A stretch of DNA of 61,899 nt, the filler included, from Choristocarpus tenellus KU-1152 (taxonomy: Eukaryota > Protista > Phaeophyceae), in NCBI GenBank assembly GCA_964200185.2. It is 11 parts of 11 records of this genome, joined end to end, with 100 filler letters (N's around TTAATTAATTAA, not from the genome) between each part and the next. Parts side by side here need not be neighbours in the genome. Positions count along the whole stretch, not along the records: positions 35,602 to 46,614 come from CAXNAD020002565.1; positions 46,715 to 50,408 come from CAXNAD020018465.1; 9 more parts are not named here. One strand, given 5' to 3'. Shown in pieces: positions 37,690 through 50,263 of the stretch. The position numbers and the translations under genes were made by a program. The notes under the pieces are model-generated. The model did no database searches. It worked only from the letters and a program-made list of their open reading frames with translations, and was not told the origin of the DNA. Position 1 is the stretch's first letter, and the number at the start of each line of letters is the position of its first letter.

Positions 37690-40600
37690 TCATGCTGATG
37701 CCTTCTTGACAGACGCTTCCTTGGCAAGGCTGTAGAGTAGCACACCTCCAATGGCCAGGACAGAACCAAAGAATGACATGGGCGTGAGACTGGTCTTGAA
37801 GAAGATGATGGAGGTGGCAATGAGGAACACCTGTATTTTCACAGACACAAGAAGGTCAAGGGAGAAAGAGGGCGGAAAATGGTTTCAATGATGTACGATG
37901 ATGCCATGGATGCAGACAGGTAAGGGACAGTAGTGAAGGCTTTCCACTGTTCTTGGAAGGTATTGAGCAGGTTACACCGGATCAGAACACAAGAAAACGA
38001 AATAGCACATTAACCCTGAAAAACGAAGTCCTGCACATCAAAATGAAAAAATCTAGAATGAAGGTGAAAACTGAAGTACAAAAAAGACAAAAAATGTACT
38101 GATACTGCAAGAAGCAAATGAAAGACATCGGGGCAGCACACAAGTCATCTATTCCACTGACACTCGAGTCTAACCCAACTTCTCACCACCTACAAACGCA
38201 ATACATCCAAGTTAACAAAAATACACATCCCCACACAAGGAATTAAAAAAAAAGGGCAACGAGTCTCTTCTTAAACTTGCCCTCTTGAAGGTGTTTCCCA
38301 CAGCGTGAGTGACAGGGTGGACCACATCCAGGCAACGGAAGGCCACCTCATCTATTGGGGAAAAGAGTTCCACAACAGGCAAGACCAGACAGTAGGAAGC
38401 GGGATGTGAGAGGGTGTGACTTGGGAAGACAACAAACGACCAACAAGGCGACTAGGAAAGTGTGCACAAAAAAAACAAGCACAGGAAGGCAACATTGGGA
38501 ACCAGACCCCCCCCCAACCCCCCTGTAACGAACCACAAGAATACCCAAGCAAAACCCCGAGAAAATAAAGGCCATCAATACCAGCGACAATACTCACTGT
38601 AAAGGTAGAAGAAGACCCCGCTAGAGACGGAGCCATAAATGATCTCCTTGCTGGAAAAACATTCAGATTAAAAAAAAGATGGGCGAAAACAGGAAATGGT
38701 AGTAAGAGAGCAGACACACATGAAGCGGGCAAGACTAATGGGAACTATGGGAACATTGAAAGTTCTGACTCAACACAGTACTCCCAGGTACTCAACACAG
38801 GGTGTTTATCAAAATGATGCAGCCAACGTGTCTTCAGGGCAACAATTTCGAGGCCAAATTGGGAGACTTCCTCCAAACCCTATCTTGGGGGATTTGAGCA
38901 AATCGGTGTAATGCTTGAAGTTATATACCGCAATTGTACTGTTATACCGATAACGGTATGTACTCAATGTTACATACAGTAACTGGTTTATGCCAAGGTT
39001 CATCATGCCATTTAAACAAAGCTGAAGATTTAAAATTTAATCAGGTACCACGATACACTACTCTCCAAATCACATCTAACAAGTCATGGGCAACAAAAAC
39101 CCCATCCCGCTTGTTCCAAACGGTACTGACTCGTAAGTTTAAATACACCGACACAACCCCCCATAACACTTCAAAAATACACAAAAAAGAATCTGGAACA
39201 GTTAAAACAGCAATAATTTTTTTTTATCAATAGGGAAGTACGTCACACACAGAGGATATTTTTGCAGTGCATAAACAGAAAAAAATTAAAAGGAGTGCCA
39301 AGGAGAGGAAGGCGTCTCCACACACCTGGTGGTCCCGGCAAGGATTGCTGCATCCCAGAGTTCCTTAACACGGGGACCTTCTACAGCAGCTGAAAGTGGA
39401 AGGAGCATGAGAGAGGCAAGGATAGTGAGGACAGCATAGAGGTTGGCAGCGTCCATGTTCTTGCCCTTGTCCATGCCCATGGAACGCTTTGCCAGGATTG
39501 CACGGGATGAGGCGGCAATGTTGGAGCCCATAGCTCCACCCAGTGCAAGCCACTGCCGAGATATAAGCATAAACAAATGGGAGGGCAAGTCCAGGATTGA
39601 TGAAGAATATCCAGTGTGTGTGTGTGCGCGCATGTGTGTTAGATGGGGATAGTCCTGGAAGTTCTTTATTTATTTTCCTGATCAGGTTGTTTGCTTGATG
39701 GCATGGTAGGCACAAAATAAGACACTGCAAGGAGCATAGTACTTCCATCTACCAACTGGCAAAGAGGGCGAAGTACACACTCTATCGAACCAAAAAAAGG
39801 TTGACAGATTCCAAAAACCCCCAAAAAAGCGGCATGTGCAAATTGTGTTTTTCGAGTAGAAACCGACCTGTGATAAATAATAAAAAAGGTTGACAGAAAA
39901 ATAATAAGCAGCCCTATTTAGAGCAGCAATTACTCTTGTCTCCGCCAGTACAAATGTTTTGTTGTACAGAAATTTGCGGTGAAAAAAACCTATAAACATT
40001 TCTCATGGGTACCTTGGTAGTACGAGACATAGACGTCTCCACCAACAGAAGGAGTTAACAAAATTTTCCGTAAAAAAGGAAGAGATAGAATCTAACCTTG
40101 AAGTCAAGCTCCTTGAGAGAAGCAATCCCAACACCGGCCACCACGGGGATAAGGGTTGCATACACAAGAGGCGAGAAAATCTGCTTCAGGAACACAGCGC
40201 TGCAATAGGAGTTACAAAAAAAACAAAAAAAGAGAGAGAGAAGTGGTGGGGGACAGGTGATTGATTAGGTAAGGTGCAGGTTCAGAGGAGTCTGTGCATC
40301 AGCAGGATAAAGCAGAAGTGTTACACGCATTTTCCTCACCGTCACTAGGTCGAGAAGCTAATGTCGTCATGATACAGAGCAGGAAACCCCAACAAACATT
40401 TTGTCAATGTCATCACTGAGTCACCCTTGTAAGAAGTGAAAGCAATTGTTCTCACCACTAACAACAAAGAAAAAAAAAAATCAGTCCGAAAAAAGTAGAC
40501 AATAAAAACGATGTGTCACACAAAACAATTCTTAACCAAGTTGCCGCCACGCCTCTTGTCCATACTGTTGGAGAAAACTCTGGGGAATACCAATCAAAGC

Positions 40601-42818
40601 CACAAACTATGAAAAGAGGATAAAATATGTGTTGAACAAACCTATGCCATTTAAAAGTCTGTAGTCCAACATTAATAGTAGAGTGTAAACCAGAAGAATT
40701 ACACTTATGATAAAGTTGGCTAGGTAAATGGTCTCTTATGGTAAGAGTAGTCTCAAGGACATAATGTGTTTGCAGACGGGGTTGGAAGCAGAAAGCAATA
40801 TGTGTCCAACAAAGGCAAACAACCACATCATCCCAATACACCTACAGTACTTCGCCAATGCTTGTCCAGCAGACACACAAAAGAACACAACCCCTTGGAA
40901 GACACGTTAAAAATGGTTTGACTCCAAAGAAATAGAGAGCTCATTCATTACACCTCATCTACGGGAAACGCCAGTCCTGAACAGTTCATTGTAAGGTACT
41001 CTTGATTTGGAACACACCTGAACAACGCTGTGAAGAGGGGTTCACCCGCCTTCACAATGTGCACAAAACTGATTGCACCGGCTCCAAGACCAATGACGGC
41101 GCAAACGTGGGAAAGCATATGGCACAAGGCGATGGGTGAGAGGGTCTTTATGTTTTGCATGGAGAGTCCAGGAGCCTTGCGCAGGCGGAGCCCCCACAGG
41201 GGAAGCACGAAAAGTGACCCCACTACCAGCTGGACGACGCTCAGAGTCCAAGGAAAGCTGATGGCATTCAGAGTTTTCTGTTTGGGGTGGAAATGTATCA
41301 AGGAAAAAAGGGGACACACAGACAGAAATAAGAAATTCAATCGAAAAGAAAACAAGGCGAATGCCAACTTACGTCTCATAAACAGCAAAGCATTTCCAGT
41401 TCAGTCAAACCAAGGGCGGGATGAACTAAGAAGGCATCATACAAAAAAAAGATGGTTACTGGAACAAAAGGAACGGGATTCAAAACAGGTCGTATCTGGG
41501 GTGACATCCAGTGCACATATTACTGCTTATGTTAAGGACCATGTAGTGCAGTTTGTGACTTTAAAAGGGTATTTTGAAAGGACTCAATTTCCTTGTTCGC
41601 TGAGTTCACCCTCAATCTCAAGTACCAAAACAGCACCAGAGAACATTTTCGTTCCTGTTCTTTTGTGTAGACCAAATCAATCCTTTCAGGGGTGAATTAT
41701 AGAACGAAATAGATCGAGTAGACTTTGTGGTTGTGTTCCTGCCCAGCAGTAATGGGCGAAAGAAAAGAAAATGCGGGTGGTAGGGATGGGACATCGCGAT
41801 GACACAATTGTTTACTGCACCTTGTTGGTGATGTTGTAACCCACATTGAGCGCGTACCTGAGTAAAATATGGAGTGCAAGTGGGTGAGAAGAGTTTACTT
41901 AGGGAGAGCAGTAGAAGTTGGGCAGAGTCTATGCGATCACAGAAGTTTAGGCTCACATGGTAAAACGGTGCTTTGTCGGTATATTTATTTCACATCGAAT
42001 CTCATTCCCACATTTTGCTTGCGGAAGTCTCACCTAGCTGCAAACAAAAAATACCGTAAAAGAAAAGGAGACTTCTTTGTCTAGTTAACCAAGTTGGAGC
42101 ACCTAAATAGGTACAGGCTGTGGGTTTCCGACAATTTTTGTGTATGCGCCTTGATAGCCGACGTAAATTTAGTGGTGGCATGCTCTCCATCGAAAAACGT
42201 ACCACAAGAAAAAGTACGTCCCGATCTCAAGTCTCTTCTTGAGGCTGTTCTCCACCGGTACAGCGGCCTTGGCAGCCCCTCCCTTCACAGCGAGTGCCTC
42301 TGAAACCGAAGAAGTCTCGGTGAGGGCGGACAGTTGGCTTGCGTCCACCACGGGCAGGTCCCCCTCCATGGTGGTTGTCATTTTCGTGGCCGATGCATAG
42401 GATCCTGGGGCTCTGACCATTGCAAGGATAAGTTCTAAGGGTCAATCCCATTAGGATTGCAAAACGGGGTCATGATGAATCTGAGCGCATTTGGGATACG
42501 ACAGAAAACGTACCAAGGAACTATGAAAAAGAAAGTATATGGGTAACTGAAGGCGCAAAAGTCTGATGCTCATGGTTACGGAGGATTCGTAATGTAAAAA
42601 TGGTCAGGGCTAAAGAAGGATAGATAACCGCGCCAAATCTTATAATTAACCCACAACCAGTGGGAGGTTCGGAACGGCTGCAGACAGAAATCCGCACGAA
42701 GAATGCAAGAAGGACATTAATACACCTCCGCCTACCTGGTGGACACGAACGCAGATGCTTGACGTCCGCCTAGGGCGACAGCCGCTAGGGGTAGGAGGAT
42801 AAGTGCTGAGGTGCGCAT
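37690..42818 (-). CDS. TPT: Plastid triose-phosphate/phosphate translocator family protein, complete (9 exons)
   Basis: Signal peptide MRTSALILLPLAAVALGGRQASA-FV; YFFLWYALNVGYNITNK, SFVHIVKAGEPLF, YATLIPVVAGVGIASLKEL, GAMGSN, YLYNEVAF, HPVTHAVGNTFKRV, GGVLLYS. Confidence 0.95.
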
Positions 42819-43079
42819 GTTTTTACAAAGTTGAATGTGGTGAAGGTGGGATGATGAAATAGTCTTTGAACAGATGGTGTAAACCTTCAGTGACTGTCCG
42901 ATTTAACACTTGTGAACCCACCGATTCAACCAAACCTTACTTAAACTCATAGACCTTACTTCCAAATACTACTAAACCCCCTTTTGACCATACTCCTTGT
43001 GGGGAGGGAACATTACCTACCAATTGGAGCTCTCCCAGGGCTCACCAGGTTGTTATTCATTGCTGGGGGTCGGTGGATC

Positions 43080-46000
43080 ATGTCTGCAGGAAGAAAGGGC
43101 ATTGCTCTGATAGGCCTTGGGGCAAGAGAGGCGTGGAGTGTCCCCTACCGCAGCTCTGTCCACCGATGCCTCACGAGTGCCTCCAGCATCTTGGCCTTGC
43201 AATCCCGTGACTACCAGCCCAGCTACAGGAGCAAGGGACAGTTAATGTGAGCAAGTATCATTGAGTAGGATACACGAGTGCATGGATTGCTCCGTCGTCT
43301 GGGCTAGGTTTATTGGCCACTACCATCTCCGCCAGAAGGAGGATGCCCAATACGTCCACTCTAACCGGACGATAGCGCCTCTGAATGGAATATTTGCATC
43401 GACTCATGTATTGAGTTTGATCTTGTTTGCATTGACATCTCACATTAAAGATCAGGTGGTTTACTCTTCACCTCCATTGCAATTAACACCTTACACCCAA
43501 AGGTTCACTCCAAACCACAATGCATAGACCAACTATAGTTGCTTGAAGACAACCAGCAGAACCAAAATATTTCAGATAAGATTATGATAATGTAAATTAC
43601 GTCATCCATTGCCGCCCTTAGCGCTTTCATAGACGGATTGACCCCTTTCAGTCCCAATTCCCTTCCAGAGAAGGTTTCGACACTGTCACATCCTTACGTT
43701 TCTTGTTGATACTCTCGCCCCTACCCCGACACCCCCCTCCTTCCTTTCTTCCTTGTAAGACCTGGGAAGCGACCTTGGCAAGGGCTTCAGCGACCGCTGC
43801 CATCAGGAAGGAACCCTGCAAAACGAGATTTTCACTCCTCTCGCCAAACCAGCAAGAGTGACTTTTACGATGTCCTAGGTGTTGGTCGAGGGGCTGATTC
43901 ATCTGAGGTGATGAAAACAGAAGAAAAGTCCAAAACTTCGCTCGAATCCTAGTGGGGAAGAACTAATAGGCTGTTTGTGGTGGAATGGGGCATTCCTTGT
44001 CCAGTATCGGTCAATGAGCAAGCATACTCCGCTTGTGCCCCTCTCCCTTAGTGCTTCTCCACCAGGCATCTGCCTTAGTACATTACGCTGGAATGTGTTT
44101 GTCGTTTGATTCACTTGTCATAAGAACATGCCGCATTTTTCACCTTGTTGAGGCTCTGCAGACAGACTGCCATACACCGACTTTGAATATTCAACTGTGT
44201 GATTGACCTCTTACGGTGTATTATGTCGTGTCTTCCTTGCAGAGTATTGGGTTACACCTCTCTGTGCGCTCACTCTTGTATGACCCCTTTTTCCTCAAAC
44301 ACAACTTGCACTAGATGCTTGTGTTATGGTTTCTACCATCAAAGCTCTGCTATCCCTTACCCATAAAACTCAGAGTTAAGGATCTTCATTCTTGTTCCCC
44401 GGCTCCTCAGTGTTGCAAGTAGTGATTTTCCTAACCTCCTAGTGTATCTTTTGTCCCTTGTTGGTGGCGCTGTGCTGACCGAAAGCATATTCGCAGGTGG
44501 AAGAAATCATGGAGCTTTTTAATATCCTGAATTAACGTTCTTCGGTACAGATGTTCTAAACGATTTGACATACACTTGCACAAGGTGCACTGATACAGCA
44601 ACCTTTCACGCCGAGGCCCTCCGTTGTCTCTCCACCCTGTCCCTAGCAAATTTCTTGATCCCTGTTTCCTTTAGTCCTGTCCCTTCAAAACTTCACCTCT
44701 CTGGACTTGTTCCTGAAACCTCTCTAAACCCAATTTTTTTCTTTTTTGACAGATAAAAAAGAAATACTTCGAGCTTGCGAAGAAGTATCACCCCGACAAG
44801 AATCAGGACAATCCAGATGCAAAGAAAAAGTTCCAGGAAATCACAGAGGTGAAGGAAGGCGTGCTGTAGATGTATTGTATTGTATTGTGCGCCTCTCAGC
44901 AGTAGTGCTGTAAACAGCACTAGGAACAGAGCAGCGACACAGTGAATGCTAACACGGTAGGCGGTAGGCAGCAATGAACACCCTCCTTAGCCTGAACAAC
45001 CTCCTCCAGACCACTTAAAATACTTAAGAGCAGATCCTCATCAAGGCCACAGAAGGGACAACATGCACCCTACATGCCGACCTTTTCAAGTTCCTAAAGT
45101 TTTCAACTAGGTCAGGATGACACATGCGAGTCATTGATACAAGAGGATTTCATATTATAACTCATTCATATCATACTCCACCGTCCCTCCTACCCCACCC
45201 TTGCCCTCCTCTCCTTGGAACTTGAGACACCTCTAAGGCCTATGAGGTGCTTGGAAATGCAGAGTCCCGCAGCCGATATGACCAATTTGGTCATGCAGGG
45301 GTTGATCCCAACATGGGTGGGGGCCCTGGAGGGCAAGATCCATTTGCAGGTTTTTCTGTGAGTACACATGAGCCAGGATAAGTAGTGGTGAGATTGTTGT
45401 TTGGTAACAGTAGTGCAGGTGTCATAATGCCACCTTGTCTTGAACACCTTCTCCACTTGTTCAATATTGGTAGAGATTGTATTTATAGTGTCTTGAATAA
45501 TGCAGTGCAGTCATCACAGCTGTTAGTGACATCTTGTGTACTGTACAGTGGCACATTTATCTGCACTTTGAGAAGGGCTGTAGAAGTAGAATGTACCTGT
45601 CATTTACTCCAAAGATCGCATTAGATTCTTTGATAAGCAACTTTTTTTTTTTTTGGCTGTTTCGACTTTGCTGCTCCTTGTCCCTCTTTGAGGTAGAGGA
45701 TTCCATGTGATTGGTCCTCACCTTATTGAGCGATAAAGATGTAATGGTTGTCAATAACTTGCACTTACTTCCAAAGGTCAATTGGCACCCTAGCCCTAAC
45801 CCTAACTCTTCCCAAGATCTCTTTCGGCTCGTTTCTGACTGATTGATGTCATGGTTCAGTTTTGTCTAGCTTTTTTATTTACTTTTGAGGGTTTAATCGA
45901 GAATGCCTGCACTTATTAACGGCAGGGGTCCTTTTCGTGATGCCTGCAAGGGGCTCTCCAAATCACTCTTGAATAGAATAAAAACCCGGATGATGGGTGT

Positions 46001-46573
46001 CGGTCATGGTCATCAAATTATTTGGAGCAACATCGCAGTGGATATCTATTGTTTCAGAAAAATAGAAATATTTCATTAGTTTTTTTAACCCTTGTGAACA
46101 TCCGATTGCAGGTACATAGAGGCTACTTTGCATTGGTTAAAGCCCGCAAGTACAGTTGTTTTTTCTTTTTTGTACCGGTGGAACTTGAGAAAAATTCATG
46201 CACTTCACCAGCACACATGAGTTTGAAATTGTCATAGGGCACCCCTGTGTTGCCCAGCTGATTCAGTGAAGTTTGTGTTTTCATTTTTCTCCAACTGTGC
46301 TCCTGATCATAGTTGTGTTGTGCATGTATTGACTGATACCATGAAATCCCCCACCCTCAAATTTATACCGAGCCTACCCCACCCCGACCCCCATTCAATC
46401 TTTTCGGTGTCCAAATGAAAAGGGATTTGGAACACAAGGTGGGGGCTTTAGCACAACAATAGACCCCAATGATTTGTTTGAGCAGCTGTTTGGTGCTCAA
46501 CGGCGTCCTCAAGGACCCAGAAAGGGCCGAGACCTTCAGATGAGAGTCCAGCTGAGTTTCCTTGAAGCGGTAG
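43080..46573 (+). CDS. dnaJ: DnaJ/Hsp40 chaperone with N-terminal targeting-like peptide (probably mitochondrial), 5' exons
   Basis: [31 protein letters not shown]...RYDQFG, G/F region, [16 protein letters not shown]; truncated by gap. Confidence 0.92.
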
Positions 46574-46714
46574 GTGGTGAGCACAGGCATAATCTGAGTT
46601 GGGGGGGGGGGAATNNNNNNNNNNNNNNNNNNNNNNNNNNNNNNNNNNNNNNNNNNNNTTAATTAATTAANNNNNNNNNNNNNNNNNNNNNNNNNNNNNN
46701 NNNNNNNNNNNNNN

Positions 46715-48864
46715 CTTTCCACCTGTGCGGGAAGAGGGACATTTATGCTTTCTAGTGGTGATTGGCGTCAAGTCCGAGTCCGAATCCCGCACTTTGAACC
46801 CACAAGAATGCACTACCGTAAGACCCGGGAGCAAGTTGAACGGTGATCTCGTGTCATTCTTTGCCCGGGGTTTGCACACCCCCCCAACTACGGGCGTGAC
46901 AAACATCTGCTCGGCGCCAACTTGGGAGAAGGGGAGGAGGACCTCGTCAAGGCTTCCACTCTGCGGAACTTTTGACGTGAATTCAATGTTGTTGTCGTCT
47001 GCCTTCTCGGTCCAATGCATGTAGTAGAGAGGGCAAGGGGTGCCACGCGCAAATAGAGCTCTGCGCGCGGCCCACACACCTCCGTTCCAGGCGAAAGCAT
47101 GCGCTTGAGCTGGTTGTTGTTGGCCACATGAAGCAGCTGAATCCACTGTTCTTCTTGGTTGTCAAGAGAGATCGAATGGAAGCCCTCTGATCGAGAGTTG
47201 CACACTTCGAGATCACCCCACGCAGGGAGGTCATTTCCGCCGACTTTGTAGTCTTTCCCGTCAAGTGGGAATAAGGCCATTTCGGCGGGATTCGAGGATG
47301 AGCTTGCACGCAGCTGAGTATTGCGGAAGAAAAAGACGGCGGTGGGGTTGGGGGGGGTTGAGGGGTGTTGGGGGCGGGGCTAGAGTTCAGTCATTCATGA
47401 ATGGATGTGATTTGGAAGTGCGCGACCGAAGGTGGTGCAAAAACAGCAACCGTATTGTGGCAAACGTTGAACACACGACGGATCCAACACTTATCCGCAA
47501 GGCCCATAGTCTTCTACGCGACGTATTTGGGTGCCGCATTAGATTGGTTCGGACTCGGGAATAGGAGGACACGGAGAGATCTTCACAACAGCTGTAACCC
47601 AACAAGAGGAGGAGTAGAGCGCCACCATCCCACCAACGTTGACAAATCCCTCACCTTTTTGTACATTTTGTGGATCTCTGCTAGTGACACTTCTTTCTTC
47701 TTCATCTGGCGCTTGATAGATTCTTGGAGCTTGTGCTGAAAATATACCTTATCGTACAGCGTGCACTCAACCACACTATCAGTCGTGATATTGAATGCTA
47801 TAAGCATGGCGGCGCAGTGGGCGAACAGGGCAAGGGGTAGGTGGGAAGCGGTCGCTGGACACAAGCGGCAGGCAGTAGTTAGCAACATGTTGCTGCTGAT
47901 AGAAAGGGATAGAAATATGAACAACGAAAAGATGAACAACGGGCTGACTGACGATGAACCAAACAAAGGAAACATGGCAACAACTTGGTAGATCAGAAGA
48001 ATCATCAGGCGATCATGGAACAATGACAACACTCAACTTACTTAGTTGCTTAGTTGATCAGAAGAGTCAGACGATCATGGAACAACGACAACACAAATGA
48101 TAACTCACCATTGGCAATTAGCCTCTCTTCTGCTTGGTTGAACTCCATGTAGACCCGAATCATGAAAGCGCGTTCGTGATCAAACTCACTCTTCAACACC
48201 ATTATTCTATGATTTCCATCCAGTGTTCGTCCTTGAACGGCAAGAGCAGTGTCGGTGGTGAGCTGGTCCCCGTTGCCTAAGCAGTCTCGTTGGATGACGA
48301 TGGATGGAGCAAGCTGCTCGAGCCAGCCTTTTTCACGGATAGACTTGAGCCAAAGTATCTTAGAGGGTAGATCCGCGTCCATTTGGGGATCAAAATACAA
48401 TGTTTGTTAGGAAGATTCAATATCTATGTTTCGGACACACCTTTCATAACGTATACATTTTACCTACTCAGAAATATTTTGGAGTCAGAAAATGTCATAA
48501 AAACCCCATGGGAAGCCAAGCCCCACAAATAAATGTATACATTTTACCTACTCAGAAACATTTTGGAGTCGGAAAATGTCATAAGAAACCCCATGGGAAG
48601 CCAAGCCCCACAAATGGACAAACAGGGCAAAATTAGTACCCTCTAAGATAGTTTCACTCACTTGCTGATGCGCGCAAGGCCACGCTTGCTCAGGGGACGC
48701 ACCATCTCCGTGCATGTGATGTTGCCGAGTTTCATCTTGTACATACCTAGGTAGTGCTGTTCGAGGAGCGAGGACATACCCTTGGCATTGCTGTCCGACG
48801 CTCTCGATCCGTGGGCAGCGCCATTGGCGCGCTGGGGGGTTGTTGTTGAGCGAATGTTGGACAT
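46715..48864 (-). pseudogene. ParB/sulfiredoxin-like domain gene, MITE-disrupted
   Basis: After removing the MITE and one TSD: VRPLSKRGLARISKSIREKGWL...TLDGNHRIMVLK; further GT-AG exons (FNITTDSVVECTLYDKVYF...) become degenerate. Confidence 0.7.
48347..48659 (+). mobile_element. MITE copy with internal ~80-bp duplication
   Basis: GAGCCAAAGTATCTTAGAGGGTA ... TACCCTCTAAGATAGTTTCACTC; perfect ACTT TSD. Confidence 0.95.
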
Positions 48865-48985
48865 GGCGATGATTGGGAAGGTGTGACGGGGATAGATAAG
48901 AAAGAGCTGCTGGTGGTATGTTTGGAAGGGAAGGAATGGAAATGAGGAGTGAGGGCTGGGAGGTGCTGCTTTATTTCATCGGGTT

Positions 48986-49790
48986 GGTCGGTGCCCAAAG
49001 AACTCAGATTTCTCTTTCCGTTGATAATTGTGTTCCAAAAAATATGAATATCGAACAGTATACGATTTCATATTTAAAACAGATAGAAAGTATCAGTTTT
49101 TTGTCACCTTTCGTTTCGGAACATTTCAAAAATATTAGATCAACGAAGTATGTGGTTTGTAATTTTATTTGTTGATATTAAGAATATAATCGAATTTTTA
49201 ATTTCTAAAAACCAAAATACACGTATTTTCAAGAATATGGATTTCAGGCTGGTCGGTCGGTGCCCAAAGAACTCAGATTTCTCTTTCCGTTGATAATTGT
49301 GTTCCAAAAAATATGAATATCGAACAGTATACGATTTCATATTTAAAACAGATAGAAAGTATCAGTTTTTTGTGACCTTTTCGTTTCAGAACATTTGAAA
49401 CGTATAAGATCAATTAAGTATGTGGTTTATACTTAAAAAAATGAAATTACGAATTTAGTCGTTTTTTATTTCAAAAAACCATAATGCACGTATTTTCAGG
49501 ATCATGGATTTCAGGGTGGTTGGACGGATCACCCGAAACTCAAACATCGTTCATACGCCCGGCTTCGAATTCAATTCTATCGTGCCCAAGACCGACTGTT
49601 GCCTGAAACCAGATTAGAATCTAGTTTTTATTTCATTACAGCGAGAATAAACGTGTTTTCCAGAACACGGATTTCATTTTGGTCCGACGGGTCTCTTCAA
49701 ACTCAAACATCGTACGCTCGGCTTCGAATTCAATTCACTCCTAGACCTTCTCACTGCCCAAGACCGCCTGTTGCCCAAAAACACCATGAC
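48986..49790. repeat. Tandem duplications (2 x ~269 bp plus 2 shorter related units)
   Basis: GGTCGGTGCCCAAAGAACTCAGATTTC at 48986 and 49255; AAACTCAAACATCG...GGCTTCGAATTCAATTC...GCCCAAGACCG at ~49536 and ~49698. Confidence 0.9.
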
Positions 49791-50263
49791 AGTTGCTCCC
49801 ACAGCAAGGGGGTGGCTTTTGTCGCCTGCGCCGCCCCCTGTGTTGCCCCCTCATCAGCCCGCCAACAATGATGCGCTGGAGCTTTCTACCAATGACGCTT
49901 CAGCGACCGGCGCCATGCTTCGCTGAGAATGGGCTCAACCCATCACGGTCAACGAACAGGGTGACTGCTGCAAGCGCTTAGCCTGTGTGAAGAAGTTTGC
50001 GGCAGATAGCGAGTCCTTCCTTGCCTGCACGCTGGCCAAAGAGCAGGACATCATCCGGGCGTGTGAGAACCGCCGCGATCGCAAGCGCTTCATTGGTGAC
50101 CGTGTACCTTTCATTAAGTTGGGGCCTGGAGGCGGATCTATGCTCGCGGCCGGGCATTCCTGTTTGTACACAGTTTTTCAAGGCATCGTTCGGAATATCC
50201 AATCTTGTCATCAATGCTTGCAAAGGTACACCTAACGCAAGACCATCCTCTGGTGTGGAGAGG
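49786..50263 (+). pseudogene. Putative Sola1-like transposase N-terminal exon
   Basis: ATG 49786, one in-frame TGA, GDCCKRLACVKKF, then after a frameshift GIPVCTQFFKASFGISNLVI, resembling the VCxxFFxxxxGIS motif recalled from Sola1 transposases; catalytic region not on the contig. Confidence 0.55.

Noticed and set aside
39860-39940. NLFYYLSQ segment resembling a translocator exon
   Set aside because: Out of order; the authentic FFYLYNE exon is at 38597-38649 and the gene splices completely without it.
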